From NCBI GenBank assembly GCA_034440375.1, contig JAWXBZ010000125.1, forward strand, positions 1 through 40,671: DNA of 40,671 nucleotides. Reading direction: 5' to 3'. Numbering within the stretch: position 1 is the first letter of the stretch; every line of letters begins with the position of its first letter. Position numbers and translations under genes: made by a program. Below are positions 1 to 13,603 of the stretch, one piece after another. This stretch comes from Candidatus Eiseniibacteriota bacterium (GTDB lineage Bacteria > Eisenbacteria > RBG-16-71-46 > JABDJR01 > JAWXBZ01). Under the pieces are notes generated by a model. That model was not told the DNA's origin, made no database searches, and saw only the letters and a program-made list of their open reading frames with translations.

Positions 1-909
1 CGTGGGCGCGTACTCGAACGACGCGGGCGGCGTGAACGCCGGGCGAGCGTACGTGTACAACATGAACCGTTACTTCGTGCTCTCCCCCAATGACGACGAG
101 GTGTGGAACGTCGGCTCATCCCAGTCGATCACGTGGCTGGGCGCCGAGCGTGCCGACCTGTGGCTTTCCACCGACGGGGGTGGGACCTACCAGCCACTGA
201 TGAGCAATGTGGGTGGTGCGGAGTCGAACACCGTTGGACTGCTGGTGCCACACACACCCACAAGGTTCGCCCGGGTAAAGGCCACCCCGCACGACACCGC
301 GATAAGCGGCTTCGATGCCTCCGACTCGCTCTTCACGATCCAGTCGAGCGTCGCGCTTTTGAACATGGCGGCAACGCTGGGCGAACTTGGGACCGAACTG
401 TCCTGGAGCACCGAGCCCGCGGTGGGACCGCAGGGGCTCGCGGGGTACCGGCTCTATCGCCTCACCCCGGGCGAGAGCGGCATCGGAAGGCGAATCGGTC
501 CGGACCTGATCACGGAAACCCGCTACACCGATTCGGAAGGCGCGGCGGGACACACGTATCGCCTCGCCGCGGTGAACGGGCTGCTCCAGGAGCTCGAGGT
601 GGGGCGCGTGAGCCTGGCGCCACGGGCGCCGCTGGCCGCGTGGCCACTCCCCTACCGCGGTGGACTCATGAATGTCTCGTTCGGGGTCTTCAGCCTGGGT
701 GCCACCCTGGGGGAGGCGACGGTGGAGCTCTTCGACCTGGCGGGACGGAAGGTGACGACGCTGGCGAGCGCCCCTACCCCACCGGTTACCAGGGGGCAAG
801 CTGGGACGGGCGGAACGATCGGGGCGAAGCGGTCAGCAACGGGATGTACTTCCTGCGCTCGACGACAGCCGGCGTGATCCACCAGGTCAAGGTGACGGTG
901 CTGCGATGA
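1..909 (+). CDS. 5'-truncated secreted FG-GAP repeat protein with C-terminal FlgD-Ig/T9SS-type sorting domain; frameshift at ~770
   Basis: Frame 2..877 starts with an FG-GAP motif (VGAYSNDAGGVNAGRAYVY) and runs to AWPLP...VELFDLAGRKVTTLAS. The expected continuation PYPTGYQGASWDGRNDRGEAVSNGMYFLR...KVTVLR lies in the 103..909 frame. Its TGA overlaps the next ATG (ATGA 906-909). Confidence 0.8.
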
Positions 910-2021
910 GGGCGATCGTCCGCTTCGCGGCGGTGTTGTCGGTGCTGGTGCTCGGCCTGCCGCTTTCGGCGCAGTCGGCCGTGACCCTTCACGGCCTCAT
1001 CGACACCGGCGAGATTTTTCAGTCGGCCAACGCCGGCGTTAATTGGACCCCGCTGGCCACTCTTCCGGTGCGCGACGCGGTGGCCCTGTCGGCGCGTCTC
1101 GCCGCGGCCGATCTCTTCCTGGCCACCCGTTCCGGAACGGTATACCGCTCGGTCAACGGCGGCGTGGCCTGGTCCGCCGTGGGGACCATCCCCGCCAGTG
1201 ACGTCGTGGACCTGGTGATCCGCCCGGATGGTGCGCTGCTCCTGCTCACCGCCAGCGGTTCCATACATCGCTCCACCAACCTGGGCGTTGCTTTTTCCGG
1301 CATCGCGACGATCACGGCGGGCAACTTCGTGGGCCTGACCGTCAGCACCGGCCCTTTGGGCATCCGGTACTACGCGCTTACCCGGACGGGAGAGGTTTAC
1401 GAGAGCACCGATTCCGGCAGTTCGTGGTCGCCGAAGGGCGCGATCGCCGTTTCGAGAGCGACGCAGATCTGCGGTGTCGCGTCCAACCTGTATGTCCTGA
1501 CCGAGACCGGAGATGTTTACCGGAGCGCCGATGCCGGAACGTCATTTACCGCGATCGCAACCCTGTCCCAGGTGGGGATGCGGGGGCTGGTCCACGACGG
1601 CTCGAGCCTGGTGGCGGCCAGCCGGGAGGGTCACGTTGCGACGTCCACCGACGGAATCAACTGGACATGGCGGGGGTCGATGAATCAGCTCACGCTGGTC
1701 GCCCTGGCCACGAACGAGGTGGCGCAGTCGGGCGTGGAACCCGTCTCGCCACCGCCGCCGTTCCAGGTGAGCGCCGTGTATCCCAACCCGTCGCGCGGTC
1801 TGGCATCATTTCGTGTCCGACTCGACGCCGGCGCCGACATCATGCTGACGTTGTTCGACGTCAACGGACGGCTGGCCGCCTCGCGCCGACTCGATCACCT
1901 GGATGCCGGGGAGCACGTCGTAACCTGGGCGCCTGAGGTCGCCGGGGACGGAGTCTACTTCCTAAAACTGGAATCCGGTGCGCAGGGGGCGACGACGACT
2001 CCGTGGATCATCCTGCGATGA
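906..2021 (+). CDS. Secreted BNR/Asp-box beta-propeller protein with C-terminal T9SS type-A/FlgD-like domain
   Basis: Signal peptide; repeated Asp-box-like motifs (SANAGVNW, SVNGGVAW, STDSGSSW, SADAGTSF, STDGINW); C-terminal YPNP...LFDVNGR...GVYFLKL...ILR. Confidence 0.8.
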   Translation: MRAIVRFAAVLSVLVLGLPLSAQSAVTLHGLIDTGEIFQSANAGVNWTPLATLPVRDAVALSARLAAADLFLATRSGTVYRSVNGGVAWSAVGTIPASDVVDLVIRPDGALLLLTASGSIHRSTNLGVAFSGIATITAGNFVGLTVSTGPLGIRYYALTRTGEVYESTDSGSSWSPKGAIAVSRATQICGVASNLYVLTETGDVYRSADAGTSFTAIATLSQVGMRGLVHDGSSLVAASREGHVATSTDGINWTWRGSMNQLTLVALATNEVAQSGVEPVSPPPPFQVSAVYPNPSRGLASFRVRLDAGADIMLTLFDVNGRLAASRRLDHLDAGEHVVTWAPEVAGDGVYFLKLESGAQGATTTPWIILR

Positions 2022-2111
2022 CTCCCGTGCGGCCAATGTGCCACTCGTCTATCGGATCCTCGAGCCGCTGATCGACGACGTAATCGGCTTCGGAGCGGTG
2101 ACAAATCCGGC

Positions 2112-4943
<2,832 letters not shown>

Positions 4944-4996
4944 GAACGGGGACTGACCTTTCGCTGGGAAGGATCCGCGGGTCAGGCGGAACCGGA

Positions 4997-5025
4997 ACGG
5001 TACGGCTGCCGGGGCGGCAAGTCAA
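4997..5025 (-). promoter_or_regulatory. Putative sigma70 promoter of uvrA
   Basis: Minus strand TTGACT-N17-TACCGT, about 50 nt upstream of the uvrA ATG. Confidence 0.55.
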
Positions 5026-5058
5026 TCAGCCATGACTGTCACCGTCCGTCGCAAATAG

Positions 5059-5400
5059 CTATCGCTCGGGGCGCAGAATCTGCCAGGCTAGGACCCCCAT
5101 CAAAACCAGCACGGCCACTCCGCCGCCAATCCAGGCGAGTATCTCCTTTCGCCTCTCGCGTGCATAGTGAGCCGCGAGTTCATTCTCGGTGAGGATCCGC
5201 GGAACATCCGCCGACCCGCCCGCATCACCATCATGACCGACGTCCCCGCTCATCCCGAAGAAGCTGAATTGAACATTCTTAGATCGGATCGGCCGCCTCG
5301 CGGATTCCGGCTCCGATTCGTGTGTCAGCCGGGCCGCCTGACAGGCCGGACACCGGTTTTGACTGTTGAGATTGGTCTCCCCGCAGTGACAGCGCCACAT
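5059..5400 (-). CDS. Small membrane protein with N-terminal RanBP2-like zinc finger
   Basis: MWRCHCGETNLNSQNRCPAC (W-x-C-x-C-x3-N-x6-C-x2-C); C-terminal hydrophobic helix ILAWIGGGVAVLVLMGVLAW; TAGAAT 7 nt upstream of the ATG. Confidence 0.7.
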   Translation of the reverse strand: MWRCHCGETNLNSQNRCPACQAARLTHESEPESARRPIRSKNVQFSFFGMSGDVGHDGDAGGSADVPRILTENELAAHYARERRKEILAWIGGGVAVLVLMGVLAWQILRPER

Positions 5401-5469
5401 TCCGGGAATTCTATCTCATGACCCTCACCAACCGAAGCCTGCGACCATCGCACCCCCCCTGGAATCCAG

Positions 5470-5497
5470 GCAACACTTTCCCGAATCCTGGCGTCTA
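5470..5497 (+). promoter_or_regulatory. Putative ECF-sigma promoter of the DUF5916 gene
   Basis: GCAAC-N17-CGTCTA. Confidence 0.45.
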
Positions 5498-5571
5498 TTC
5501 CCCCGTGCTGGCGTACCATGCCGCGGAGCGCCCTCCAGGGTGTCCCGTTCGCCGCAAATCCGGGGATTTCC

Positions 5572-8328
5572 ATGTCACGATTAATTTCCCTCCAGGGCCG
5601 AGTTCGGCCGGCCGGCCATCAACCGGTTGCCCGAATCCAGATCGTTTCCTCTCGAGTCACTGCCGCACTCCTTCTGTTCTTCTCACTGCCGCCGGTCACC
5701 CTGAGTGCCAATCAGTCAACCTCGACTCCGGCCGATTCGGTCGCCACCCCGGGGCCGCCGGCCACGCGCACCTACACGACCCGGCGCTGCGACACGCCCC
5801 CGATCCTCGACGGCGTTCTCGAGGACGCCTGCTGGGAAACCGTCGAATGGGCCACCGAATTCACGGGCTGGGAGCCGGAGGCCGGCGTCAAACCGTCCCA
5901 GGCCACCGCCTTCAAGATCCTCTATACCGATGATGCCCTCTATATCGCCTACAGGGCGTTCGACACCGATCCGGATCGGATCGCCAACCGTCTGGCCCGC
6001 CGCGACTGGTTTCCGGGGGACTGGGTCGAAATCAATATCGACAGCCGAAAGGACGGCCGAACCGCCTATTCCTTCACCTCCAGTGTCTCGGGCACGCGTG
6101 GGGACGAATTCGTCTCGAACGATGGTGACGACTGGGATGACAGCTGGGATCCGATCTGGGACCTGAAAACGAGGGTCGATGACCAGGGGTGGACAGCCGA
6201 GGTACGCATTCCTTTCAGCCAGCTCCGCTTCTCCAACACACCCGACCAGACCTGGGGCATCCAGGTGACCCGCCGTGTCTTCCGCGAGGAGGAGCGCTCC
6301 CTCTGGCAGCCATTTCGTCGGGAGGACACCGGCTGGGTCAGTCGATTCGGTCAGCTGAATGGCCTGAAAGACCTGGGCGCCTCGCGCCGTATCGAGGTCT
6401 TCCCCTATCTCGTGGCCCGTGGCGAACGCTTCCCGAAAGAGGATGGAAATGTCTTCGCGGATGGCTCCGATTCCGGACTCAGCGGTGGCGTCGACGCCAA
6501 GACCGGAATCACCAATGACCTCACGCTGGATGTCACGGTCAATCCCGACTTCGGCCAGGTGGAGGCCGATCCATCGGAAGTGAACCTGACCGCCTTCGAG
6601 ACGTTTTTCGAGGAGAAGCGTCCCTTTTTCATCGAGGGAAAGAACATCACCGACTTCCCAGTCGCCCCGGCCATCACGGGTGGTTCATTCACGCAGGACA
6701 ACCTTTTCTACTCGCGACGCATCGGCAAGAGCCCCATCTACTCGCCCGATCTGGCCGATGCGGAGTACTCAAGCCAGCCGGAAAACACATCGATCATCGG
6801 CGCCGCCAAAATCACCGGCAAGACTTCCGGGGGCCTGTCACTCGGCATCCTGGAAAGCGTCACGGCCAGGGAGATGGCCGACATCGACGGACCGGGCGGC
6901 CGGCGCCAGGAGGAAGTCGAACCGCTGTCCAACTATTTCGTTGGCCGGGCTCAACAGGATTACGGGCAGGGGACGACCCAGATCGGCGGGATGCTGACCG
7001 CTGTGCATCGTCGAATCGATGATGCGCGCCTGGACTTCCTGCATCAGTCCGCCTGGGTCGGCGGGGCCGACTTGTTCCACCGCTGGAGCGATCGGACCTG
7101 GTACCTGGCGGTGGATGGAGCCGCCAGTCGCGTGGCCGGCGATCCAACCGCTCTCATCCGCACCCAGCGCGCGTCGGCGCGCCTGTTTCAACGTCCGGAT
7201 AACGATCGGGCCGGGGTCGACTCCAGCGTGACGTCGCTCGCCGGACATGCCGGCTCTCTCCGTCTGGGCCGGGGCGGCGGCCAGGGGTTCCGGTTTCAAG
7301 TGGGCGGCGCCTGGCGCTCCCCAGGCTTCGAGATCAACGACCTCGGCTTCCTCCACCGCGCCGACGAGATCAATCAATTTGCCTGGGCCAGTTACCGGCA
7401 GGGAAACCCCTTCTCGATCTTTCGAACCGCCCAGATCAACACGAATCAGTGGCTGACCTGGGACTTCGGTGGCGATCTCCTGATCCGCCAGTTCGACATG
7501 AACAGCAACGCCCAGTTCAAAAACAACTGGCGGGCCGGCCTCGGCGTTACGAAGCTTTTCGAGCACACCAGCAATCACGAACTCCGTGGCGGCCCCAGCT
7601 TCCGCCTGCCCGGCACTCAGGACATCAACGCCTGGGTCGAAACCGATAGCCGGTATCGCATTCAGTTCAATGCCGGCCTATACCACAGCTTCGGCCAGGC
7701 CAACACCAGTCGAACCAACTCCGGCGAGCTCGGCGCCACCATCGAGCCCAGCAACGCCCTCCGAATCAGCGCCAATGCCGAGTACTCCCGAAACCGCAAG
7801 GATCTCCAGTACGTGAGAACCATCAGCTCCGACCTCGGAACCCGCTACCTGCTGGGCCAGCTCGATCAGAAGACGTTGAGCCTCACCTTTCGCGTCGACT
7901 ACACCCTGATCCCCAACCTCACCCTGCAGTACTACGGCAGCCCCTTCATTGCCGCCGGCCAGTACGACACGTTTCGCCGCGTCACCAATTCCAGGGCCGA
8001 TAACTACGAGGACCGTACGGACATCTTCAGCGACAACAACATCGCCTATATCGGAGCCGAAGCCGAATACGCCGTCGACGAGAACGGGGATGGCCAGACC
8101 GACTACCGGTTCTCCGACCCCGACTTCAACATCCGCGACTTCAACTCCAACCTGGTCGCGCGATGGGAATTCCAGCCGGGCTCGGTCCTCTTCGTCGTGT
8201 GGTCCCAGGCCCGCAGCGACTTCGCGCCGGTGGGCAGGTTCTCGGCCGGGGATGACTTGAATTCACTGTTCGACGCGCCGGGAAATAATGTGTTCCTGGT
8301 GAAGGTGAGCAAGTGGTTTAGTCTTTGA
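5572..8328 (+). CDS. CBM9-like/DUF5916 domain outer-membrane beta-barrel protein (start uncertain: 5518 or 5572)
   Basis: PPILDGVLEDACW, LYIA, WTAEVRIPFSQLRF (CBM9-like); TVNPDFGQVEAD, FFEEKRPFFIEG, LFYSRRIG (DUF5916); amphipathic C-terminal strand VFLVKVSKWFSL. Confidence 0.88.
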   Translation: MSRLISLQGRVRPAGHQPVARIQIVSSRVTAALLLFFSLPPVTLSANQSTSTPADSVATPGPPATRTYTTRRCDTPPILDGVLEDACWETVEWATEFTGWEPEAGVKPSQATAFKILYTDDALYIAYRAFDTDPDRIANRLARRDWFPGDWVEINIDSRKDGRTAYSFTSSVSGTRGDEFVSNDGDDWDDSWDPIWDLKTRVDDQGWTAEVRIPFSQLRFSNTPDQTWGIQVTRRVFREEERSLWQPFRREDTGWVSRFGQLNGLKDLGASRRIEVFPYLVARGERFPKEDGNVFADGSDSGLSGGVDAKTGITNDLTLDVTVNPDFGQVEADPSEVNLTAFETFFEEKRPFFIEGKNITDFPVAPAITGGSFTQDNLFYSRRIGKSPIYSPDLADAEYSSQPENTSIIGAAKITGKTSGGLSLGILESVTAREMADIDGPGGRRQEEVEPLSNYFVGRAQQDYGQGTTQIGGMLTAVHRRIDDARLDFLHQSAWVGGADLFHRWSDRTWYLAVDGAASRVAGDPTALIRTQRASARLFQRPDNDRAGVDSSVTSLAGHAGSLRLGRGGGQGFRFQVGGAWRSPGFEINDLGFLHRADEINQFAWASYRQGNPFSIFRTAQINTNQWLTWDFGGDLLIRQFDMNSNAQFKNNWRAGLGVTKLFEHTSNHELRGGPSFRLPGTQDINAWVETDSRYRIQFNAGLYHSFGQANTSRTNSGELGATIEPSNALRISANAEYSRNRKDLQYVRTISSDLGTRYLLGQLDQKTLSLTFRVDYTLIPNLTLQYYGSPFIAAGQYDTFRRVTNSRADNYEDRTDIFSDNNIAYIGAEAEYAVDENGDGQTDYRFSDPDFNIRDFNSNLVARWEFQPGSVLFVVWSQARSDFAPVGRFSAGDDLNSLFDAPGNNVFLVKVSKWFSL

Positions 8329-8406
8329 TTCAGCGATAGATCGAACCTGTGTTGATATCAAGGTCCCAAGTCCTACGCAATTGGAGTGCACACACGGCTC
8401 CCTATC

Positions 8407-8694
8407 CTACACCGCCCCGATCGGCCCCGGGAGCCCGGCATCGCTCCTGAGTTCATCGAAGAGATCCACTTCCATCTGGAGCGTCAGCCAGAACTCTGGA
8501 GTTGTCCCCAGAGCCGATGACAGTCGTCGGGCCATTGCGACGGTTACCCGTGAACCGTTCACAATTCGGTTGATGACCTTGAGGTCGCACCCCAGGTGGT
8601 CCGCCAGTTGCTTCTGTGTTAGTCCAAGCGGCGCCAGAAACTCGTCACGAAGTATTTCCCCGGGAAATGTCGGTCGCTTGTTTCGTTGACGCAT
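8407..8694 (-). CDS. higA: HigA-family addiction-module antitoxin (HTH)
   Basis: RPTFPGEILRDEFLAPLGLTQKQLA...GTTPEFWLTLQ matches the HigA/VapI pattern; lies directly downstream of a higB remnant. Confidence 0.92.
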   Translation of the reverse strand: MRQRNKRPTFPGEILRDEFLAPLGLTQKQLADHLGCDLKVINRIVNGSRVTVAMARRLSSALGTTPEFWLTLQMEVDLFDELRSDAGLPGPIGAV

Positions 8695-8706
8695 GTCAAT
8701 GGCCCT

Positions 8707-8864
8707 TCAGTGGTAGTCGATGATTCGGACGCGTGAAGGCCCTGCGGGCGTCCACAAAAAGACTACTCGTCACTGGTCGTTGACCCCCACCCGCACCCTT
8801 TTGGAAGGTCGCCGTCGTAGAAAAAGACTTCTGCCACCGGATCATCAAAACTCTGGATCGCCAT
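8707..8864 (-). pseudogene. higB: HigB (RelE/ParE-family) toxin pseudogene
   Basis: Manual translation: MAIQSFDDPVAEVFFYDGDLPKGCGW (8864-8787), then in another frame VNDQ*RVVFLWTPAGPSRVRIIDYH* (8784-8707). These are the typical HigB N- and C-termini; the middle is absent and there is a TGA at 8770-8772. Confidence 0.85.
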
Positions 8865-8871
8865 TCACATT

Positions 8872-8912
8872 ACCCCCATAAAATATACCATTACAAGGTA
8901 TATATTGGGGGT
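8872..8912. promoter_or_regulatory. Inverted repeat overlapping the higBA promoter (probable HigA operator)
   Basis: ATATACC-N7-GGTATAT (8883-8903) flanked by ACCCCCA/TGGGGGT; extended -10 TGgTATATT on the minus strand just upstream of the higB ATG. Confidence 0.65.
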
Positions 8913-9024
8913 GGTGACAGGCTCCGCCCTGCAGCTGGATCACGGCCAAGGGGCCTGAATCCGGGATCCACCGGAAAGTCCTCGGTACGTTCAGGCGCCC
9001 GCGTCGCGCCCGATGCATGCCGAC

Positions 9025-10283
9025 CTACTCATACCTCAACGCATCCACCGGATGGAGCCGAGCCGCCTTTGCCGCCGGCCAGATCCCAAAAAACAACCCG
9101 ATCCCCACCGAGAAAGTAAACCCGGCAATGGCCGCCATGGGCGGGACGTAGGACGGGAGCGGCGTCAACATCCGTACCAGCTGGCCGACGCCGGCACCAA
9201 ACAGAATGCCCAGAATGCCGCCGAGGCCGGTGAGCGTCATCGCCTCGATCAAAAACTGCCAGAGAATATCGGAGTTCTTGGCGCCGATGGCCTTTCGGAT
9301 GCCGATTTCGCGGGTCCGCTCGGTGACGGCCACCAGCATGATGTTCATGACGCCGATGCCGCCGACCAGAAGGGCGATGCCCGAGATGGCCAGCATGACG
9401 ATGTAGAAGGCACCGGTGATCTGCTTATAGATGCTCATGAGCTGGTCGCTGGTGAAGAGCTCGAAGTCGTTTGGTTTTTCGGGGGACACGCCGCGGGTGC
9501 GCCTGAGGCTGTCGGTGATCTGATCCATGGCCGCCGGCAGGAGCGCGGCCGTCCGGGGCCGGGCGTCGATAATCATGCGGCGGCTGTCGATCATCTTCTC
9601 GAACGTGGTGTAGGGAATAACGAACATATCATCCATTGTCTGGCCGAGAAATTTGCCCCGGCGGGCAAAGACGCCGATGACTTCGAACTTCTGTCCCTTG
9701 GCCGTGATCCACTGGCCGAGCGGGTCGATGCCGGGGAAAAGTGCTTCCACGTGGTCGGAGCCGATCACGCAGACGCGCATGCGCCGCTCGATGTCCCCCT
9801 CGTTGTAGAAGCGTCCCCGCTCGATGGCCACGCTCTGGATTTCTGGAAACGCCTCGTCGGCACCGTAAATGTCGGTCATCCCGCTGGTGGTGCCGCGAAA
9901 CTTCAATCGATCCCCATCGAGCATCAGGATGGACACCGCTCCAACGGCCGGGCAACTGCGACGAATGCCATCCACATCGTTCAGATTGAAAAACTTGCGG
10001 GCGCGCAGCGAATCGGGAAGGTTGCCGCCATGAAACGGCGGGAATCGGCGAATGCGGATCGTTTCGGATCCGAGGCTCGAGATCTGCTTGGCCATGGAGC
10101 GATTCAGGCCTTCGATGCACGACCCCATCGCGATGACGCTCGACACGCCGATGAAGACGCCCAGCATCGTCAGGAACGAGCGCATCTTGTTCACGCGAAT
10201 CGTCGAAAGGGCCATGGCCACGGCCTCGCGGATGTTTCCGAGGCGGTTCCAGATCCGCTGCAGCCGTGGCCGCGGCGTGGCCA

Positions 10284-10284
<1 letters not shown>
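9025..10284 (-). CDS. MacB/FtsX-like ABC transporter permease
   Basis: NKMRSFLTMLGVFIGV; VGGIGVMNIMLVAVTERTREIGIRKAIGA; GIWPAAKAARLHPVDALRYE. Confidence 0.95.
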
Positions 10285-11504
<1,220 letters not shown>

Positions 11505-11505
11505 G

Positions 11506-12234
11506 TCAGCCCCCCGTCTTCTCGTCCGACTCGATGCGTCCGTCGCGGACCCGGATGACCCTTCTTGCGTGCGCCGCGATGTCCGGCTCGTGCGTCACCA
11601 GGATCACCGTGTTCCCCTGTTCGTGGATGCGATGAAAAGCGGTCATGATCTCCTCCCCCGACCGGCTGTCCAGGTTCCCGGTCGGTTCGTCGGCCAGGAT
11701 GATGCTGGGATAATTGACCAGGGCGCGGGCAATGGCCACGCGCTGGCGCTGGCCACCCGACAGCTGGTTGGGCCAGTGTGCCTTGCGATCCGAAAGGCCA
11801 ACACTGGCCAGCGCCTCGGCCGCCCGCTTCTTTCGCTCGCCCGAGGGCATTCCCGAATAGATCAGCGGCAGCTCAACGTTATGAAGCGCATCGGCCCGCG
11901 GCAGGAGGTTGAATGTCTGAAAGACGAACCCGATTTCCCGGTTGCGGATGCGGGCCAGTTCGTTGTCATCCATCCGGCTGACTTCGTGGCCGTTCAGGAC
12001 GTAACTGCCGGAGGTTGGGACATCGAGGCAGCCGATGACGTTCATCAGCGTCGACTTTCCCGACCCGGACGGCCCCATGATGGCCACCATCTCTCCCCGG
12101 TGGATTTTCAGGGAGACGCCATCGAGGGCCCGGACATCCTCCCCCTCCAGGTGATAGACCTTGTGCAGGTCCCGGACATCGATCAGGACGCCGTTCGTGC
12201 CCGGATCAGCCTTCGAGGTAATCACCTCAGCCAC
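11506..12234 (-). CDS. MacB/LolD-like ABC transporter ATP-binding protein
   Basis: [47 protein letters not shown]. Confidence 0.96.
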   Translation of the reverse strand: MAEVITSKADPGTNGVLIDVRDLHKVYHLEGEDVRALDGVSLKIHRGEMVAIMGPSGSGKSTLMNVIGCLDVPTSGSYVLNGHEVSRMDDNELARIRNREIGFVFQTFNLLPRADALHNVELPLIYSGMPSGERKKRAAEALASVGLSDRKAHWPNQLSGGQRQRVAIARALVNYPSIILADEPTGNLDSRSGEEIMTAFHRIHEQGNTVILVTHEPDIAAHARRVIRVRDGRIESDEKTGG

Positions 12235-13564
12235 CGGCTTTCACCTGCATTTTCTTGTCCCCGCCCTTCTTGGCCGCCTTGATCGCCGCACCGTACTTGA
12301 GCTCGCGCAATGTCTTGTAGGGGCCGGTGACGATGTCGGCACCGACCGCGATGTCGCCCGTGACTTCAATGTGGGTGTCATCCGAGATGCCCGTCTTGAC
12401 CGACCGAAACATCGCCTTGCCGCCGTCGTTAATGAAGACGCCCTCCAGCAGTTTTTCGTTGCCGGCGGGCCTGGTGGCTTCGTCGTCGTCGTCCTCGTTG
12501 TCCTTCTTGTTGTTGGCCATGGCCTTGCCACCGCCCGCCGCCATGTCCTCGTGACGCTTTTTCTGGCGGTCGATGGTCTTCTTGTCACGGGCGACCAGCG
12601 AGGAGATCGGTACGGCCAGCACGTCGGTATGGGTCATGGTCGTGATCTCGACGTCGGCGGTCATCCCGGGTCGCAGCTGCGGGATGTCCTGTCCGAACAG
12701 GACCTTGACCAGGAAGTTGGTGGCTGATTCGGCGGTTCCCGCGCCACTCTGCTGGGCGCTCGAACCGATCGTGGTCACGTACCCGATGAAGGTCGTGTCC
12801 GGGAGCGCATCGACGGTGATCTTCGCGACCTGTCCCGGGTGGATGTCGATGACGTCGGTCTCGTCGACTTCGGCCTCAACCTGCATCTTCGACTGGTCGG
12901 CGATCGTCAGGATGACCGTGCCGGGGTTGTTCATTGTGCCGGTGATCACGATCTCCCCCTCTTTGACGTTCAGGGCCGACACGATGCCGCCGGTCGGGGC
13001 CTTGAAAATCGTCTTGGAAAGGGCATCCTCCGCGGAGCGGATTCGGGCGCGCGAGCCGGCCAGGTCCTCCTTGCGGGCGGCCAGTTCCGACTCGGTGATC
13101 TTCAGCTCGGTTACCGCGATTTCAATGGCCTCCTCGGAGACGAGCTTGTTCTCCTTCATCTTCTTCTGACGCTCGAGATTCTGACGGGAGCGGTCGACGC
13201 GCGCCGATGAGAGCGATACATTGGCTTCGGCGCTCCTGGCGGCCGCCCGGGAATTCTCCATGTCGGCCCGGTACTGGGTGTCGTCCAGTCGGATCAACAG
13301 ATCGCCGACCCGGACCGTATCCCCCTCCTCGACAGCCAGCTCGATGATGCGTCCCGGGACCTGGGCGCTGAGATTGACGTACTCGGCCGGCCGAACGCGC
13401 CCCGGAGAGCGAACCGTGGAGACCAGCGTCTTCTTCTCCACCTTTTCGAGGCGAACCTCCTCCGCCTTCCCCTGGCCACCCTTCTTGAGATTGGCCACGG
13501 TGAGGCCACCGATGAGGACGACCCCCACGACGACTCCAATGATGATCTTGGCGCGTTTCGACAT
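12227..13564 (-). CDS. MacA-like efflux periplasmic adaptor (MFP)
   Basis: N-terminal anchor, lipoyl halves ([24 protein letters not shown]...VKEGE), coiled hairpin, VDETDV, LRPGMTA. Confidence 0.93.
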   Translation of the reverse strand: MSKRAKIIIGVVVGVVLIGGLTVANLKKGGQGKAEEVRLEKVEKKTLVSTVRSPGRVRPAEYVNLSAQVPGRIIELAVEEGDTVRVGDLLIRLDDTQYRADMENSRAAARSAEANVSLSSARVDRSRQNLERQKKMKENKLVSEEAIEIAVTELKITESELAARKEDLAGSRARIRSAEDALSKTIFKAPTGGIVSALNVKEGEIVITGTMNNPGTVILTIADQSKMQVEAEVDETDVIDIHPGQVAKITVDALPDTTFIGYVTTIGSSAQQSGAGTAESATNFLVKVLFGQDIPQLRPGMTADVEITTMTHTDVLAVPISSLVARDKKTIDRQKKRHEDMAAGGGKAMANNKKDNEDDDDEATRPAGNEKLLEGVFINDGGKAMFRSVKTGISDDTHIEVTGDIAVGADIVTGPYKTLRELKYGAAIKAAKKGGDKKMQVKAGG

Positions 13565-13603
13565 GTTTTCAGCCTTTCCGCGCGCCGGTGGCTCCCGGCG
13601 CGA

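Noticed and set aside
8770-8772. TGA at a conserved Trp as a sign of an alternative genetic code
   Set aside because: Many genes here end in TGA with ATGA/TGATG coupling and use TGG for Trp; higB is also broken by a deletion.
8329-9024. Mobile element carrying higBA
   Set aside because: No transposase, integrase, terminal inverted repeats or target-site duplication that I could identify.
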